From NCBI GenBank assembly GCA_963847855.1, contig CAWKBM010000001.1:442892-506891 (forward strand): a stretch of 64,000 nucleotides of DNA, written 5' to 3'. Numbering within the stretch: position 1 is the first letter of the stretch; each line of letters starts with the position of its first letter. This DNA comes from an uncultured Acidimicrobiales bacterium. GTDB taxonomy: Bacteria > Actinomycetota > Acidimicrobiia > Acidimicrobiales > DATKAS01. The position numbers were made by a program, and so were the translations under genes. The notes beneath the pieces were generated by a model. That model was not told where the DNA came from, did no database searches, and saw only the letters and a program-made list of their open reading frames with translations. Below are positions 49,741-60,496 of the stretch, piece by piece.

Positions 49741-52076
49741 GGCGTCCAGACCCAGTTGCGCACCTCGGGCATGTCGTCGAGGTGCTCGCGCACGTAGGTG
49801 TGATGCCGGTTGAGCATCTCGAGGCAGTGCTCCAGCAACGTGGGGATGCCGGGCACGAGCGAGCGAGCCCGGTGCACGGCCTGCGCGGCGAGGTGGTAGC
49901 GGCTCATCTCGTTGAGCACGACCATGTCGAACGGCGTCGTCGTGCTGCCCTGCTCCTGGAAGCCGTGGACGTGGAACCGCCCCGGCGAGGGACGCCCGTG
50001 CAGGATCTCGTGCACCTCACGCGCGTAGCCGTGGAACGCGAACACCACGTCGGTGTCGGCCGTGAAGAGTCGCACGAACTCGTCCCCGGCGAAGCCATGC
50101 GGGTGCGCCTTCTTGGGGAAGAGCACGGTCAGGTCGACGACGTTGACCACGCGCACCCTGAGGTCCGGCGCGAACTGGCGGATCAACCACGCCGCCGCGA
50201 TCGTCTCGAGCGTCGGGACATCGCCGGCGCAGACAAGCACGATGTCGGGATCATCGGTGTCGTCGTCCGTGCTGGCCCACGCCCAGCGCGACGCTCCCAG
50301 CGCGCAGTGCTCCCGAGCAGCGTCGATGTCGAGCCACTGCAGCTGTGGCTGCTTGTCGATGACGATGCAGTTCACGTAGTCGCGACTGCGGAAGCAGTGA
50401 TCGGCGACGGACAGCAAGCAGTTCGCGTCGGGAGGCAGGTAGACGCGGGCGACCTTGCCGCGCATCGAGAGCATCGTGTCGATGAACCCGGGGCCTTGAT
50501 GACTGAAGCCGTTGTGGTCGTTGCGCCAGCACGTCGAGGTGAGCAGCACGTTGAGGGACGCCACGGGCGCGCGCCAGTCGTGCTTGCTGCACTCGCTGAG
50601 CCACTTGGCGTGCTGCACTGCCATCGACACCGGGACCATCGCAAACGCCTCGTAGGTCGCGAAGAGCCCGTGCCGACCGCTGAGCAGGTAGCCCTCGAGC
50701 CAGCCCTCGCAGTTGTGCTCGCTGAGGACCTCCATGACTCGACCGTCGTGAGCCATGTAGTCGTCGTAGGGACCGATCGGATCCATCGTGCAGCGGTTCT
50801 CGACCTCGAACACCGCGCCGAGGCGGTTCGACAACGTCTCGTCCGGGCAGAACAGGCGGAAGCTGTCGGGGTTCCGGACATAGATGTCGCGCATCATCTC
50901 GCCGAGCCGGCGCGTCGACTCTTGCTTGACGGTGGCCGGCGCCGGCACGTCGACCGCGTAGTCCGCGTAGTCGGGGATGTCGAGCGGCACGAGCACCGTG
51001 CCACCGTTCGCATGCGGGTTCGCACCCATGCGCCGTTCGCCCTCGGGTGCCAGGGCGCGCAGCTCGTCGACCAGTCGCCCCTTCTCGTCGAACAGATCGT
51101 CCGGCGCGTAGCTGCGCATCCACTCCTCGAGAATGGCGAGGTGCGCCGGGTTGTCGTGCACGTTGGAGAGCGGCACCTGGTGCGCGCGGAACGTGCCCAG
51201 CACCTGCACGCCGTCGACGACATCAGGGCCTGTCCATCCTTTCGGCGAGCGCAGGATGATCGCCGGCCACCGGGGGCGCCGCATCCCATCGGCGAACAGC
51301 TCCGACTGGATCTCGCGGATCTTCGTGTGCGCGTCGGCAAGCGTCGCCGCGAACCCCTCGTGCATCGTCTCCGGATCGTCACCGGCAACGACCACGGGGT
51401 CGTAGCCGTGCGCGTGCAACAAGCCGATCACGTCCTCGTCGTCGGTGCGGCCGAGCACCGTCGGGCCGCTGATCTTGTAGCCGTTCAGGTGGAGGATCGG
51501 CAGGACCGCGCCGTCGCGATTCGGGTGGAGGAAGCGCACGCCCTTCCACGAACCTTCGAGCGGCCCGGTCTCGGCTTCGCCGTCGCCGATCACGCACGCG
51601 ACGATCAGGTCAGGGTTGTCGAACGCGGCGCCGAACGCATGCACCAGCGCGTAGCCGAGCTCGCCGCCCTCGTGGATCGAGCCCGGGGTCGGCGCGCTGA
51701 CGTGGCTCGGGATCCCTCCGGGAGTCGAGAACTGGCGGAAGAGACGGAGCATGCCCTCCTCGTCCTCGGTGATGTCGGGATAGACCTCGGAGTAGGTGCC
51801 CTCGAGATACACGTTCGCGACGAGCGCGGGGCCGCCGTGTCCGGGGCCGGCGATGTAGATCACGTTGGCGTCGCGCTCGCGGATGAGCTCGTTGAGGTGC
51901 ACATACACGAAGCTGAGGCCCGGCGATGTCCCCCAGTGCCCGAGCAAGCGCGGCTTCACGTGTGCGGCGGTGAGCGGCTCGCGCAGCAGCGGGTTGCCGC
52001 GCAGGTAGATCTGCCCCACGGTGAGGTAGTTCGCGGCGCGCCAATACCGATCGATCAAGTTGATCTGGGGGTCCAT
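49737..52076 (-). CDS. xfp: Xylulose-5-phosphate/fructose-6-phosphate phosphoketolase
   Basis: [38 protein letters not shown]. Confidence 0.95.
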   Translation of the reverse strand: MDPQINLIDRYWRAANYLTVGQIYLRGNPLLREPLTAAHVKPRLLGHWGTSPGLSFVYVHLNELIRERDANVIYIAGPGHGGPALVANVYLEGTYSEVYPDITEDEEGMLRLFRQFSTPGGIPSHVSAPTPGSIHEGGELGYALVHAFGAAFDNPDLIVACVIGDGEAETGPLEGSWKGVRFLHPNRDGAVLPILHLNGYKISGPTVLGRTDDEDVIGLLHAHGYDPVVVAGDDPETMHEGFAATLADAHTKIREIQSELFADGMRRPRWPAIILRSPKGWTGPDVVDGVQVLGTFRAHQVPLSNVHDNPAHLAILEEWMRSYAPDDLFDEKGRLVDELRALAPEGERRMGANPHANGGTVLVPLDIPDYADYAVDVPAPATVKQESTRRLGEMMRDIYVRNPDSFRLFCPDETLSNRLGAVFEVENRCTMDPIGPYDDYMAHDGRVMEVLSEHNCEGWLEGYLLSGRHGLFATYEAFAMVPVSMAVQHAKWLSECSKHDWRAPVASLNVLLTSTCWRNDHNGFSHQGPGFIDTMLSMRGKVARVYLPPDANCLLSVADHCFRSRDYVNCIVIDKQPQLQWLDIDAAREHCALGASRWAWASTDDDTDDPDIVLVCAGDVPTLETIAAAWLIRQFAPDLRVRVVNVVDLTVLFPKKAHPHGFAGDEFVRLFTADTDVVFAFHGYAREVHEILHGRPSPGRFHVHGFQEQGSTTTPFDMVVLNEMSRYHLAAQAVHRARSLVPGIPTLLEHCLEMLNRHHTYVREHLDDMPEVRNWVWTP

Positions 52077-52100
52077 GACCGCGATGCTCGCGCGATTCTC

Positions 52101-53078
52101 GTGTATGCGATCAACGCGGGGTCGTCCTCGCTCAAGCTCGCCGCATTCGATGGCGAACAGCTGCTCGCCGAGAGTGAACAAGGTCTGAACGGCGCAGGAA
52201 TCTCGGTGTTCGAGGGTGTCCCTCGGCCCGACGCGATCGGTCACCGCGTCGTGCACGGGGGGCCCACACGTTGGGAACCCTGCCTCATCGACGAGGCGTC
52301 ACGTGCCGACATCGAGGCGGCGGCGGTGTTCGCTCCTCGTCATCAGCCTGCATCGCTCGCGGCGATGGCGCTCTGCGCAGAGACGTTCCCCGGTGTGCCT
52401 CAGGTCGCGTGCTTCGACACGGGGTTTCATCACGACCTGCCGCTCGTCGCCCGGACACTGCCGCTGCCGAATGCTGTCGGCGTGCGCCGCTACGGCTTCC
52501 ACGGCCTCTCCTACGAGTGGGCGGTCTCGTCGCTCGGCGACCAGCTCGGCTCGCGGGCGGTCATCGCGCACCTCGGCAGTGGGGCCAGCTTGGCCGCGGT
52601 GCGTGACGGTCGTGCTGTCGACACCACGATGGGCCTCACTCCGCTCGGCGGGCTGATGATGGGCACCCGGTCGGGCGACGTCGATCCCGGCGCACTCCTG
52701 CACCTCATGCGGGCGCGGGGCCTCGACACCGACGGGCTCGAACGAATGGCCGAGGAAGAGAGCGGCCTCCTCGGCGTCTCGGGCTCGACCCCGGACATGC
52801 GCACGTTGCTCGATGCCCGCTCGCATGACCCCGCAGCCGCGCTCGCCATCGACCTCTGGGTCATGACGGTGCGGAAGCACATCGCCGCGATGACGGCATC
52901 GCTGGGTGGCATCGACACGCTCGTGTTCACCGGCGGCATCGGGCAACGGTCGCCGGTCTTGCGCGACGAGATCTGCGCCGGGCTCACGTTCCTCGAGCCC
53001 TACGACCTACGCGTCGTGGTGAGCGACGAGAATCGGATCGTCGCTCGGCACACCGCTCGCGTCACGTCCGGCGGCTGA
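52101..53078 (+). CDS. ackA: Acetate/propionate kinase
   Basis: [46 protein letters not shown]. Confidence 0.9.
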   Translation: MYAINAGSSSLKLAAFDGEQLLAESEQGLNGAGISVFEGVPRPDAIGHRVVHGGPTRWEPCLIDEASRADIEAAAVFAPRHQPASLAAMALCAETFPGVPQVACFDTGFHHDLPLVARTLPLPNAVGVRRYGFHGLSYEWAVSSLGDQLGSRAVIAHLGSGASLAAVRDGRAVDTTMGLTPLGGLMMGTRSGDVDPGALLHLMRARGLDTDGLERMAEEESGLLGVSGSTPDMRTLLDARSHDPAAALAIDLWVMTVRKHIAAMTASLGGIDTLVFTGGIGQRSPVLRDEICAGLTFLEPYDLRVVVSDENRIVARHTARVTSGG

Positions 53079-54642
53079 GCACTCCCGCGGCTGACACGAG
53101 GAACAGGATCGAGAAGCCGACGAGCACGACGAGCCGACCGGCCGTCGCGTGCGCGAACGCCGGGTCAGTCGAAGCCAGGCCGAGCTGGTGGCCCACGGCC
53201 TCGTAGGCCCACCGCGCTTGCACGAACAGGCTCATGGCCTTGCCTCCCGTCGCCATGGTCGCCACCGGCAGGACGGCGCCGGAGAACAGCACCGCGGGGA
53301 AGCAGAGCATCGGGAGGGCGAGCGTCGCCTGCGTCGGATCGCTCACGGCCGCCGAGGCGAGCAGGCCGAGCGAGAGCGCCGAGACTGCCGTGACGATCAG
53401 GATCGCGATGAGGCGCGCGTAGAGGTCGAGCTCGAGGGCGGGCAGCCGGTCGACGCCACCGAGGGTGACGACCATCGCGACGATCACCGTGAGCAGGATC
53501 GGCGTGAGCACCGCGACCTTGGACGCGACGTACGGGCCGAGTCGTAGGCCGACGAATCGCTCTCGCCGCACGATCGCGATCTCGGTGCAGATCTGCAGCA
53601 ACCCGTAGGTGAGGCCGAAGAAGAAGGCGGCGAACGCCATCCAGTAGGCGATCGACGCGCCCTGGTCGACGAACGCACCGCGCCGGAACAGCATCACGAA
53701 CATCCCGATCACGAGCGCCGGCGACCCCGCGAGGATCGCGAGCGTCAACGGGTTGCGCCTCAGCACGTCGACGTTGCGCCGGCTCAGCACCCACCACTCA
53801 CGAAGCGCGCCGATGCGGCGGCGGGGCACGACCGGCCACACGTCACCCTGCTCGATGGTGTGATCGACCCACGGCGTGCAGGTGTCGGCGACCAGTCGGT
53901 CGTAGACGTCTGCGTTCCCCTTCACGTCGAAATGGGCGTGGGCCTCGTCGAGCTTCCCGACGAAGGCGATGCATCCACCGGGAGCGAGGAACACGGTGCG
54001 ATTGCACACTGCGAGGTCCTCGGTGTTGTGGGTGGTGAGCACCACCGTCGTGCCTCCGGTCGCGAGCTCAGCGAGCGTGCGCATGAGTGCCGCCGCGGTC
54101 GCCGGATCGAGACCTGAGGTCGGCTCGTCGAGGAACAAGGCCCGGGGCCGAGTCAGCAGCTCGGCCGCGATGCTCGCTCGCTTGCGCTGCCCGCCGCTGA
54201 GCGCGCCGACCTTCACCTCGACGCGATGCTCGAGGTCGAGGGCGCGGAGCGCGCCGGCGACGACGGTGTCGATCTCCGGTCGCGTCGTGCCCGGGGGCAT
54301 GCGGAGGCGGGCGGCGTATCGCAGCGTGTCGATCAATGGCAGCTCGCGGTGAACGACATCGTCCTGCGGCACGTATCCGATGACGTGACGGAACGCGCCT
54401 GCGTCCCGCTCCCGATCGACGCCGTCGAAATGCACCTCGCCGGTCGACGGCGCGCGCACCCCAGCGAGCACGTCGAGCAGTGTCGACTTGCCCGCGCCGC
54501 TCGCACCGACGACGGCGACGATCTCGCCTGGCTCGATCGTGAGCGAGACGTCACGCAGCAGCGTGTGACCACGGACATTCCGTGACACGCCGTCGAGGTC
54601 GATGCGCATGCCGGTGCGTTGAGTGAGAAGTTCGGTTGTCAT
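53062..54642 (-). CDS. ABC exporter, ATPase-permease fusion (ABC-2 type)
   Basis: GASGAGKS, YVPQDD, LSGGQRKR, LDEPTSGLD, then 6 TM segments. Confidence 0.9.
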   Translation of the reverse strand: MTTELLTQRTGMRIDLDGVSRNVRGHTLLRDVSLTIEPGEIVAVVGASGAGKSTLLDVLAGVRAPSTGEVHFDGVDRERDAGAFRHVIGYVPQDDVVHRELPLIDTLRYAARLRMPPGTTRPEIDTVVAGALRALDLEHRVEVKVGALSGGQRKRASIAAELLTRPRALFLDEPTSGLDPATAAALMRTLAELATGGTTVVLTTHNTEDLAVCNRTVFLAPGGCIAFVGKLDEAHAHFDVKGNADVYDRLVADTCTPWVDHTIEQGDVWPVVPRRRIGALREWWVLSRRNVDVLRRNPLTLAILAGSPALVIGMFVMLFRRGAFVDQGASIAYWMAFAAFFFGLTYGLLQICTEIAIVRRERFVGLRLGPYVASKVAVLTPILLTVIVAMVVTLGGVDRLPALELDLYARLIAILIVTAVSALSLGLLASAAVSDPTQATLALPMLCFPAVLFSGAVLPVATMATGGKAMSLFVQARWAYEAVGHQLGLASTDPAFAHATAGRLVVLVGFSILFLVSAAGVLSRRT

Positions 54643-54800
54643 GCGATCACTCTCTTCCCGTGCGGCGGCGCGGTCTTGAAGAGGACATGAACAGGGTGAG
54701 GAGACATGTGTCTCACCCTCTTCATCGCGTCTCCACGTCACCTTCATGGCTGCGGCCCCGAGGTTTGAGACCGTGAGGTACCCAATCCAAGGAGACAGCA

Positions 54801-55373
54801 ATGACCACGGTCGAGAACACCACCCGCAACGGCGTCGACACCGCGACCCTCTTCGCGACGATCGATGCAGTCAAAGGCAACAACGACATCGCCAAGTTCC
54901 AGTTCCGCGCCACGAACAAGTGGATCAACGGGACGCACAACCAGTCGACCCTCCACGGCTTCTTCGGCGCCATGCAGGAGATGCAGCACCAGCAGGCGTT
55001 CACGTTCGACGCCGACCACCCGGCCGTGCTCGTCGGCACCGACCAGGGCCCGACGCCTGCCGAGTTCCTGCTCCACGCCCTGGCCGCCTGCCTCACCGCG
55101 GGCATCGCCAACGTGGCCGCGGCCCGTGGCGTGAACCTCACCGAGGTGGAGTCGACGGTCGAGGGTGACATCGACCTGCTCGGCATCCTGGGCCTCGCCA
55201 CCGAGGAGCACCCGGCCCGCAACGGCTACGAGCAGCTCAGGGTCAGCTTCAAGCTGCGCGGCGACGATCCCGCGAAGCTGCGCAAGGTCGTGGAGCAGTC
55301 GCGCCAGCGCTCGGCCGTCTACGACGTGATCACCAACGGTGTGCCCGTCAGCATCGATGTGGACGCGGGCTGA
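54801..55373 (+). CDS. OsmC-like family protein
   Basis: RNGVDT, ADHPAVLVG, PAEFLLHALAACLT, EGDIDL; GGAG RBS upstream. Confidence 0.85.
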   Translation: MTTVENTTRNGVDTATLFATIDAVKGNNDIAKFQFRATNKWINGTHNQSTLHGFFGAMQEMQHQQAFTFDADHPAVLVGTDQGPTPAEFLLHALAACLTAGIANVAAARGVNLTEVESTVEGDIDLLGILGLATEEHPARNGYEQLRVSFKLRGDDPAKLRKVVEQSRQRSAVYDVITNGVPVSIDVDAG

Positions 55374-56554
55374 TGCACGCGACCCCGACCGAGAACCGAT
55401 ATGACGTCGTCGTGGTCGGCGCCCGCGCTGCGGGTGCCGCCACGGCCATGCTCCTCGCCGACAGCGGCATGCGCGTGCTCGTCGTCGACCGCGGTCGCTA
55501 CGGCGTCGACACGCTGTCGACACACGCGCTCATGCGGGCCGGCGTGATGCAGCTGCACCGTTGGGGCCTGCTCGACCATGTCATCGACAAGGGCACGCCT
55601 GCGATACGCCGTACGACGTTCACCTTCGCCGGCGAGGAGCTCGTGATCCCCATCAAGCCGGCACACGGCATCGACGCGCTGTACGCGCCTCGCCGCACCG
55701 TGCTCGACCCGATCCTGGTCGACGCGGCCGCTCGCGCCGGAGCCGAGGTGCAGTACGGCGTGACGGTCACCGGGGTGCGCCGCAACTACAAGGGCCGCGT
55801 CACCGGCCTCGTCGGCCGCGACGAGAAGGGCAACGGCTTCGCGGTCGACGCTGGCCTCGTCATCGGCGCCGACGGCATGCGGTCGACGATTGCCCAACGG
55901 GTGGGCGCGCCGATCGTGCGCTCCGGCACCGGGGTGTCGGCATCCATCTACGGCTACTGGCGCGACCTGGAGATGGAGGAGCCCCTCGGCTACGAGTGGA
56001 CCTTCAACACGGCCGGAGCGGCCGGTGTCATCCCGACGAACGAAGGCGAGACCTGCGTGTTCGTCGGGAGCTCCCCGAGAGGGTCGGGACCGGTGGCGCC
56101 CAGGTGATGCAGCGGCTGCTCGATGAGGTGTCGCCCTCGCTCGCCGACCGTCTCAGCCGAGCAACCGCGCCGCCCGGCGTGCGCACGTTCATGGGCCATC
56201 CCGGAGTGATCCGCCGCCCGTGGGGACCCGGTTGGGCGCTCGTCGGCGACGCTGGCTACTGGAAGGACCCGATCAGCGCGCACGGCCTCTCCGACGCACT
56301 CCGCGATGCGGAGCTCCTCGCCCGTGCGGTCATCACTGCAGGCAACGGTTGCGAGCTGCAGGACGCAGCGCTGCGCGGCTATCAGGAAGCCCGCGACCGG
56401 CTTGTCGTTCCCGCTGTTCGATGCAACCGATGCCGTGGCGTCGATGACCTGGACCGATGACGACATCGGCGCGCTGCTGCTCGAGATCAGCGCCTCGATG
56501 AGCGACGAGGTCAGCGCGATCGCCGCGCTCGACTCGGTGGCCGTCGGGTGCTGA
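55373..56554 (+). CDS. FAD-dependent oxidoreductase (frameshifts near 56080 and 56410)
   Basis: VVGARAAG, DTLSTH, APRRTVLD, IGADG, GWALVGDAGYWKDPISAHG. Confidence 0.85.
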
Positions 56555-56557
56555 AGG

Positions 56558-56890
56558 TCACGCGGTCGGTGGCGGAGGCGGCGGCATCCAGCCATCGACC
56601 GCTTGGAGGCCGTCGTTCGAGACGTGCTCGGTCCACATCACGCCATCCCAATAGCGGAGCTCGTACCGATGGTGGGGATCGTTGAACCATCCCGGTCCGG
56701 CGCCCGGATCGAACGGAATCGACAGTCGGTCGTCTGACTTCGCGGGCGGGATCACCGCGATGATGATCACGCCGATGACCCCGAGGAAGAAGCCGAGGAT
56801 GCCGCCGAGCGTGCCCCGCCCCTTCTTGTCTCCGATGAGATAGCCGACGAGCCCGAAGATCAACCCACCGATCAGGATGTAGGCGGCCAC
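56558..56890 (-). CDS. Small membrane protein with DUF2510-like domain
   Basis: 2 TM segments plus PGWFNDPHHRYELRYWDGVMWTEH. Confidence 0.75.
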   Translation of the reverse strand: MAAYILIGGLIFGLVGYLIGDKKGRGTLGGILGFFLGVIGVIIIAVIPPAKSDDRLSIPFDPGAGPGWFNDPHHRYELRYWDGVMWTEHVSNDGLQAVDGWMPPPPPPTA

Positions 56891-56916
56891 GGCGGTGACG
56901 CTACGCGCTCACCACC

Positions 56917-57909
56917 TCAGCCAGTGGCACCGAGATCGACCGTTGCCCTGGGCAGGAACCGAGCGCGGACGCCGTCGGGATTGACATGGCGCTCGATGAG
57001 GGCCTCGCGCAGGCTCGCCGGGTCAGGCACCGGGAACGCGCCTTCGAATTCGACGACCACGTCGTTGTCGTTCGTCTCGACCTTCGTGACCTCCCATCCG
57101 ACGCCGGCAGCCCACTCGCTCGCCACGTTCCGCACGTTGCGCTCGCGGGCCGTGTCGCGGATGACGCCGTAGGTCGAAAGGGTCAAAGGGATGAGGATGA
57201 GCACGACCATCGCCGCAATGACCGTTGTCGCGGCCCGCCGGTTGACCTCGTCGCGCTGTCCCGCCGACGCGCTCTTCACGGTCCGTTGCACTCCGTAGAT
57301 CGCCATGACGACGATCCCGGTGCCGAGGATCGCAGCGACGTTCGTGAGGAAGAGCAGCAAGGCGCCGGCGGCTTCGTGGTACGCGCCCGACTCGAGTGCG
57401 AGACCGGCGACGCAGAGCGGCGGCACGAGCGAGATCGCGATCGCGACGCCGGGCAAGGTGTCGGAGATGTCCTTCCGCACCAGCGCAACCGACCCGACGA
57501 CGCCCGTGGCCGTCGCCGCGAGCAGGTCGATGAGCCGGGGATGCACCCGGCCCGCGACCTGGCTGTTGACCTCCGCTGTGACGGGGTTGAGCACGAGCAG
57601 GCCGACGAGCCAGCCGACGATGACCGCGGACGCCGCGCCGGTGATCACCAGAGTGACCGACCGAAACAAGTTCGCCCGGGCGGCGAGCACGACCGACAGC
57701 ATCGTGCCCTGGATGGGCGTCATGAGCGGGGCCACGATCATCGCCCCGATCACGGTCGCCGTCGAGTCGGCCACGACACCGGCCGAGGCGATGATCGAGG
57801 AGAGGACCAGCAGGGTCCAGAAGCGGGTGTAGCGCTTGTGCGCGTCGGGGCCTTCGAAGAAGACGGAGTCCCGCATGCGGGAGATCTCTTCTACGGGGAA
57901 TGTCTGCAT
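56917..57909 (-). CDS. DUF389 membrane protein
   Basis: DSTATVIGAMIVAPLM, PGVAIAISLVPP, LLFLTN. Confidence 0.85.
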   Translation of the reverse strand: MQTFPVEEISRMRDSVFFEGPDAHKRYTRFWTLLVLSSIIASAGVVADSTATVIGAMIVAPLMTPIQGTMLSVVLAARANLFRSVTLVITGAASAVIVGWLVGLLVLNPVTAEVNSQVAGRVHPRLIDLLAATATGVVGSVALVRKDISDTLPGVAIAISLVPPLCVAGLALESGAYHEAAGALLLFLTNVAAILGTGIVVMAIYGVQRTVKSASAGQRDEVNRRAATTVIAAMVVLILIPLTLSTYGVIRDTARERNVRNVASEWAAGVGWEVTKVETNDNDVVVEFEGAFPVPDPASLREALIERHVNPDGVRARFLPRATVDLGATG

Positions 57910-57952
57910 GCACGGAGCATCTCAGACCGCGCCCTGCCAGCCAGAGTTCGAG

Positions 57953-58723
57953 TCACCCCGCGTGAGCGCCACCGTCCGAGTGCAGCAGCTGACCGTTGAC
58001 CCATCCGCCGGCAGGCGAACAGAGGAATGACACGAGGTTGGCGGCGTCCGTCGGCATGCCGACTCGACCGAGCGGCGAATCGGCGACGATTCGCTCCATC
58101 AGCTTGGGCGGGATCCACCCGGTGTCGGTCGCTCCCGGGTTCACCGCGTTGGCGGTGATGCCCATGCCCGCGAGCTCACGGGCCGCGGCGAGCACGATGC
58201 GATCCATCGCGCCCTTCGATGCGCCATACGGCAGGTTGAACGCGGTGTGGTCACTCGTGAGCGTCACGATGCGCCCCGAGCCGGGCGGCGACGTGAAGCG
58301 GCGAGCGAACTCACGCACGAGCAGCCACGTCGCCCTCGCGTTCACGGCCATGTGCCTGTCGAAGCTCTCGATGGTCGTGTCGAGGATCGCGCTGTCGACC
58401 GACTCGCAGTGCGCGATCACGAGGGCCCGCACGGGTCCGAGCTCGCCCTCGGCAACATCGAAGAGCCGCTCGGCGGCGCTGACGTCGGAGAAGTCGACCT
58501 CGACCGACACGGCTCGGCCTCCGGCGTCGCGCACCGCGCCCGCGAGCGCAGCCGCGGCCTCGTCGTCGGGGCCCCAATCCATCCGCTCGTCGTAGGGGCG
58601 CCACGACGAGAACGCCACGTCGAAGCCGTCGGCCGCGAGCCGCTCGACGATCGCGCACGCGATCCCCTGGCGGCGTCCCGCTCCCGTGACGAGCGCGACG
58701 GGGCGAGTCGTGATGTCAGCCAT
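57953..58723 (-). CDS. SDR family oxidoreductase
   Basis: TGAGRRQGI, YGASK, NPGATDTGW. Confidence 0.9.
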   Translation of the reverse strand: MADITTRPVALVTGAGRRQGIACAIVERLAADGFDVAFSSWRPYDERMDWGPDDEAAAALAGAVRDAGGRAVSVEVDFSDVSAAERLFDVAEGELGPVRALVIAHCESVDSAILDTTIESFDRHMAVNARATWLLVREFARRFTSPPGSGRIVTLTSDHTAFNLPYGASKGAMDRIVLAAARELAGMGITANAVNPGATDTGWIPPKLMERIVADSPLGRVGMPTDAANLVSFLCSPAGGWVNGQLLHSDGGAHAG

Positions 58724-58785
58724 GACCGGCATGATCGCCCATCGCAACCTGCGGCACGGACCACTACCGTGAAGGTTCGATCGAC

Positions 58786-60405
58786 GTGAACAACACCACC
58801 GCGGCGAGCGCCTCCTACGAGCGGATGGCCTGGGCCGCCGCCTACGAGCAGTACATGGCAGCGGATCGCGTCGAGCCGCTCTCCCCCGAGGAGGTCGAGC
58901 GCGCCGCCCAGGCGGCACAGCTCAACGGCCGCGAGGCCGATGCCGACCCTCTGTGGCAGCGGGCCATCCACGGGTACGAGGACCGCGGGGATCGCGAACG
59001 TGCGGGCATGGCGGCGTGGCGGCTCGGGATCTCGTTGATGAACCGGGGCGACATGGCGCAGGCGGGCGGGTGGTTCGCTCGGTCAGGACGGATGGTCGAA
59101 GGGCTCGACAACCGAGTGCAGGGCTACCTCGAGTTCCCCCCGGCGCTGGGAGCGCTGTTCTCTGGAGATGCGGTGACCGCTCGTCCGAAGTTCGCGATGG
59201 CGCTCGAGATCGGCAAACGGTTCGGCGACCCGGATCTGCAGACCTTGGCGCGGTTGGGCCTGGGTCGCTCCTCGATGGTGCTCGGCCACGCCACTGCGGG
59301 TCTGGCACTCCTCGACGAAGCGATGCTGATGGTGACCGCAGGCGAGGTGTCTCCGCTGATCGCAGGGATCGTGTACTGCGCGGTCATCGAGGAGTGCCAG
59401 CTCATCTTCGACCTGCGGCGGGCACGAGAGTGGACCGCAGCGCTGAGCCGCTGGTGCGAATCCCAGCCCGACCTCGTCCCGTTCCGCGGCCAATGCCTGA
59501 TCCACCGCGCCGAGATCCTCACGCTCAACGGCGCCTGGAGCACCGCGACGGACGAGATCGTCCGCGCCTGCACGCAGCTCTCCCAGACCCACGACCTCGC
59601 CGTCGCCGACGCGCTCTATCAGCGCGCCGAGCTCTGTCGACTCCACGGGCAGATCGACGATGCCGAGGCGTTGTACGTCGAGGCAAACGATCGGGGACGC
59701 GAGCCTCACCCGGGACTTGCCCTTCTGCGGCTCGCTCAGGGGCAACCCGACATTGCGGCGGCGGCGCTACGCCGAGTGCTCGCCGAGGACCACGCGCCCT
59801 TGGAGCGCGCCCGACTGCTCGCCCCCTACGTGGACGTTCTGCTGGCGACCGACGATGTGACCGAGGCAGGTGAGGCGAGCGAAGCGCTCACAGCAATCGC
59901 AGCAACGCTCGACTCTCCGTTCCTCACCGCGCTGGCCGCCCGGGCCGCGGGAGCGGTTGCGCTCGCGGATGGGGCAGCGTCGCAGGCGATCAATCTGCTT
60001 CGGTCGGCATGGAGCGCTTGGTGCGACATCGAGGTGCCCTACGAAGCGGCGCGCGCCCGCGTGCTCATCGGGCTGGCGTGCCGCGAGCTGGGCGACGAAG
60101 AGTCCGCGGAGATGGATCTCCGCGCCGCTCGTCACGTCTTCGTCGATCTCGGCGCGGTGCCCGACGTGGCCCGGGTCGACGCACTTCTCGCACCGGCACC
60201 CTCGACACCGACCACTCCCCTGACCGGCCGGGAGGTGGAAGTGCTCCAGCTCGTCGCGGCGGGGAAGACGAACCGCCAGATCGCCCAAGCCCTGGTGATC
60301 AGCGAGAAGACCGTGGCTCGCCACGTCAGCAACATCTTCCTGAAGGTCAACGTCTCGTCACGCTCGGCTGCGACCGGGTACGCCTACCAACACGGCCTCG
60401 CCTGA
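58786..60405 (+). CDS. TPR-LuxR HTH transcriptional regulator
   Basis: GIVYCAVI...C, WTAALSRWC, C-terminal LTGREVEVL...ISEKTVARHVSNI. Confidence 0.9.
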   Translation: MNNTTAASASYERMAWAAAYEQYMAADRVEPLSPEEVERAAQAAQLNGREADADPLWQRAIHGYEDRGDRERAGMAAWRLGISLMNRGDMAQAGGWFARSGRMVEGLDNRVQGYLEFPPALGALFSGDAVTARPKFAMALEIGKRFGDPDLQTLARLGLGRSSMVLGHATAGLALLDEAMLMVTAGEVSPLIAGIVYCAVIEECQLIFDLRRAREWTAALSRWCESQPDLVPFRGQCLIHRAEILTLNGAWSTATDEIVRACTQLSQTHDLAVADALYQRAELCRLHGQIDDAEALYVEANDRGREPHPGLALLRLAQGQPDIAAAALRRVLAEDHAPLERARLLAPYVDVLLATDDVTEAGEASEALTAIAATLDSPFLTALAARAAGAVALADGAASQAINLLRSAWSAWCDIEVPYEAARARVLIGLACRELGDEESAEMDLRAARHVFVDLGAVPDVARVDALLAPAPSTPTTPLTGREVEVLQLVAAGKTNRQIAQALVISEKTVARHVSNIFLKVNVSSRSAATGYAYQHGLA

Positions 60406-60496
60406 CTGCCTACATACAACTACCCATGCCGGGATCGGTCGCATTTGAGGGTTTCGCCCGATGCCAGACGAGGTCGCGTTTTCTTACCGTCGACTC

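Noticed and set aside
48717-53078. 1453-aa giant ORF
   Set aside because: Composite of the YihY N-terminus, the antisense shadow of xfp and the real ackA; typical of high-GC DNA
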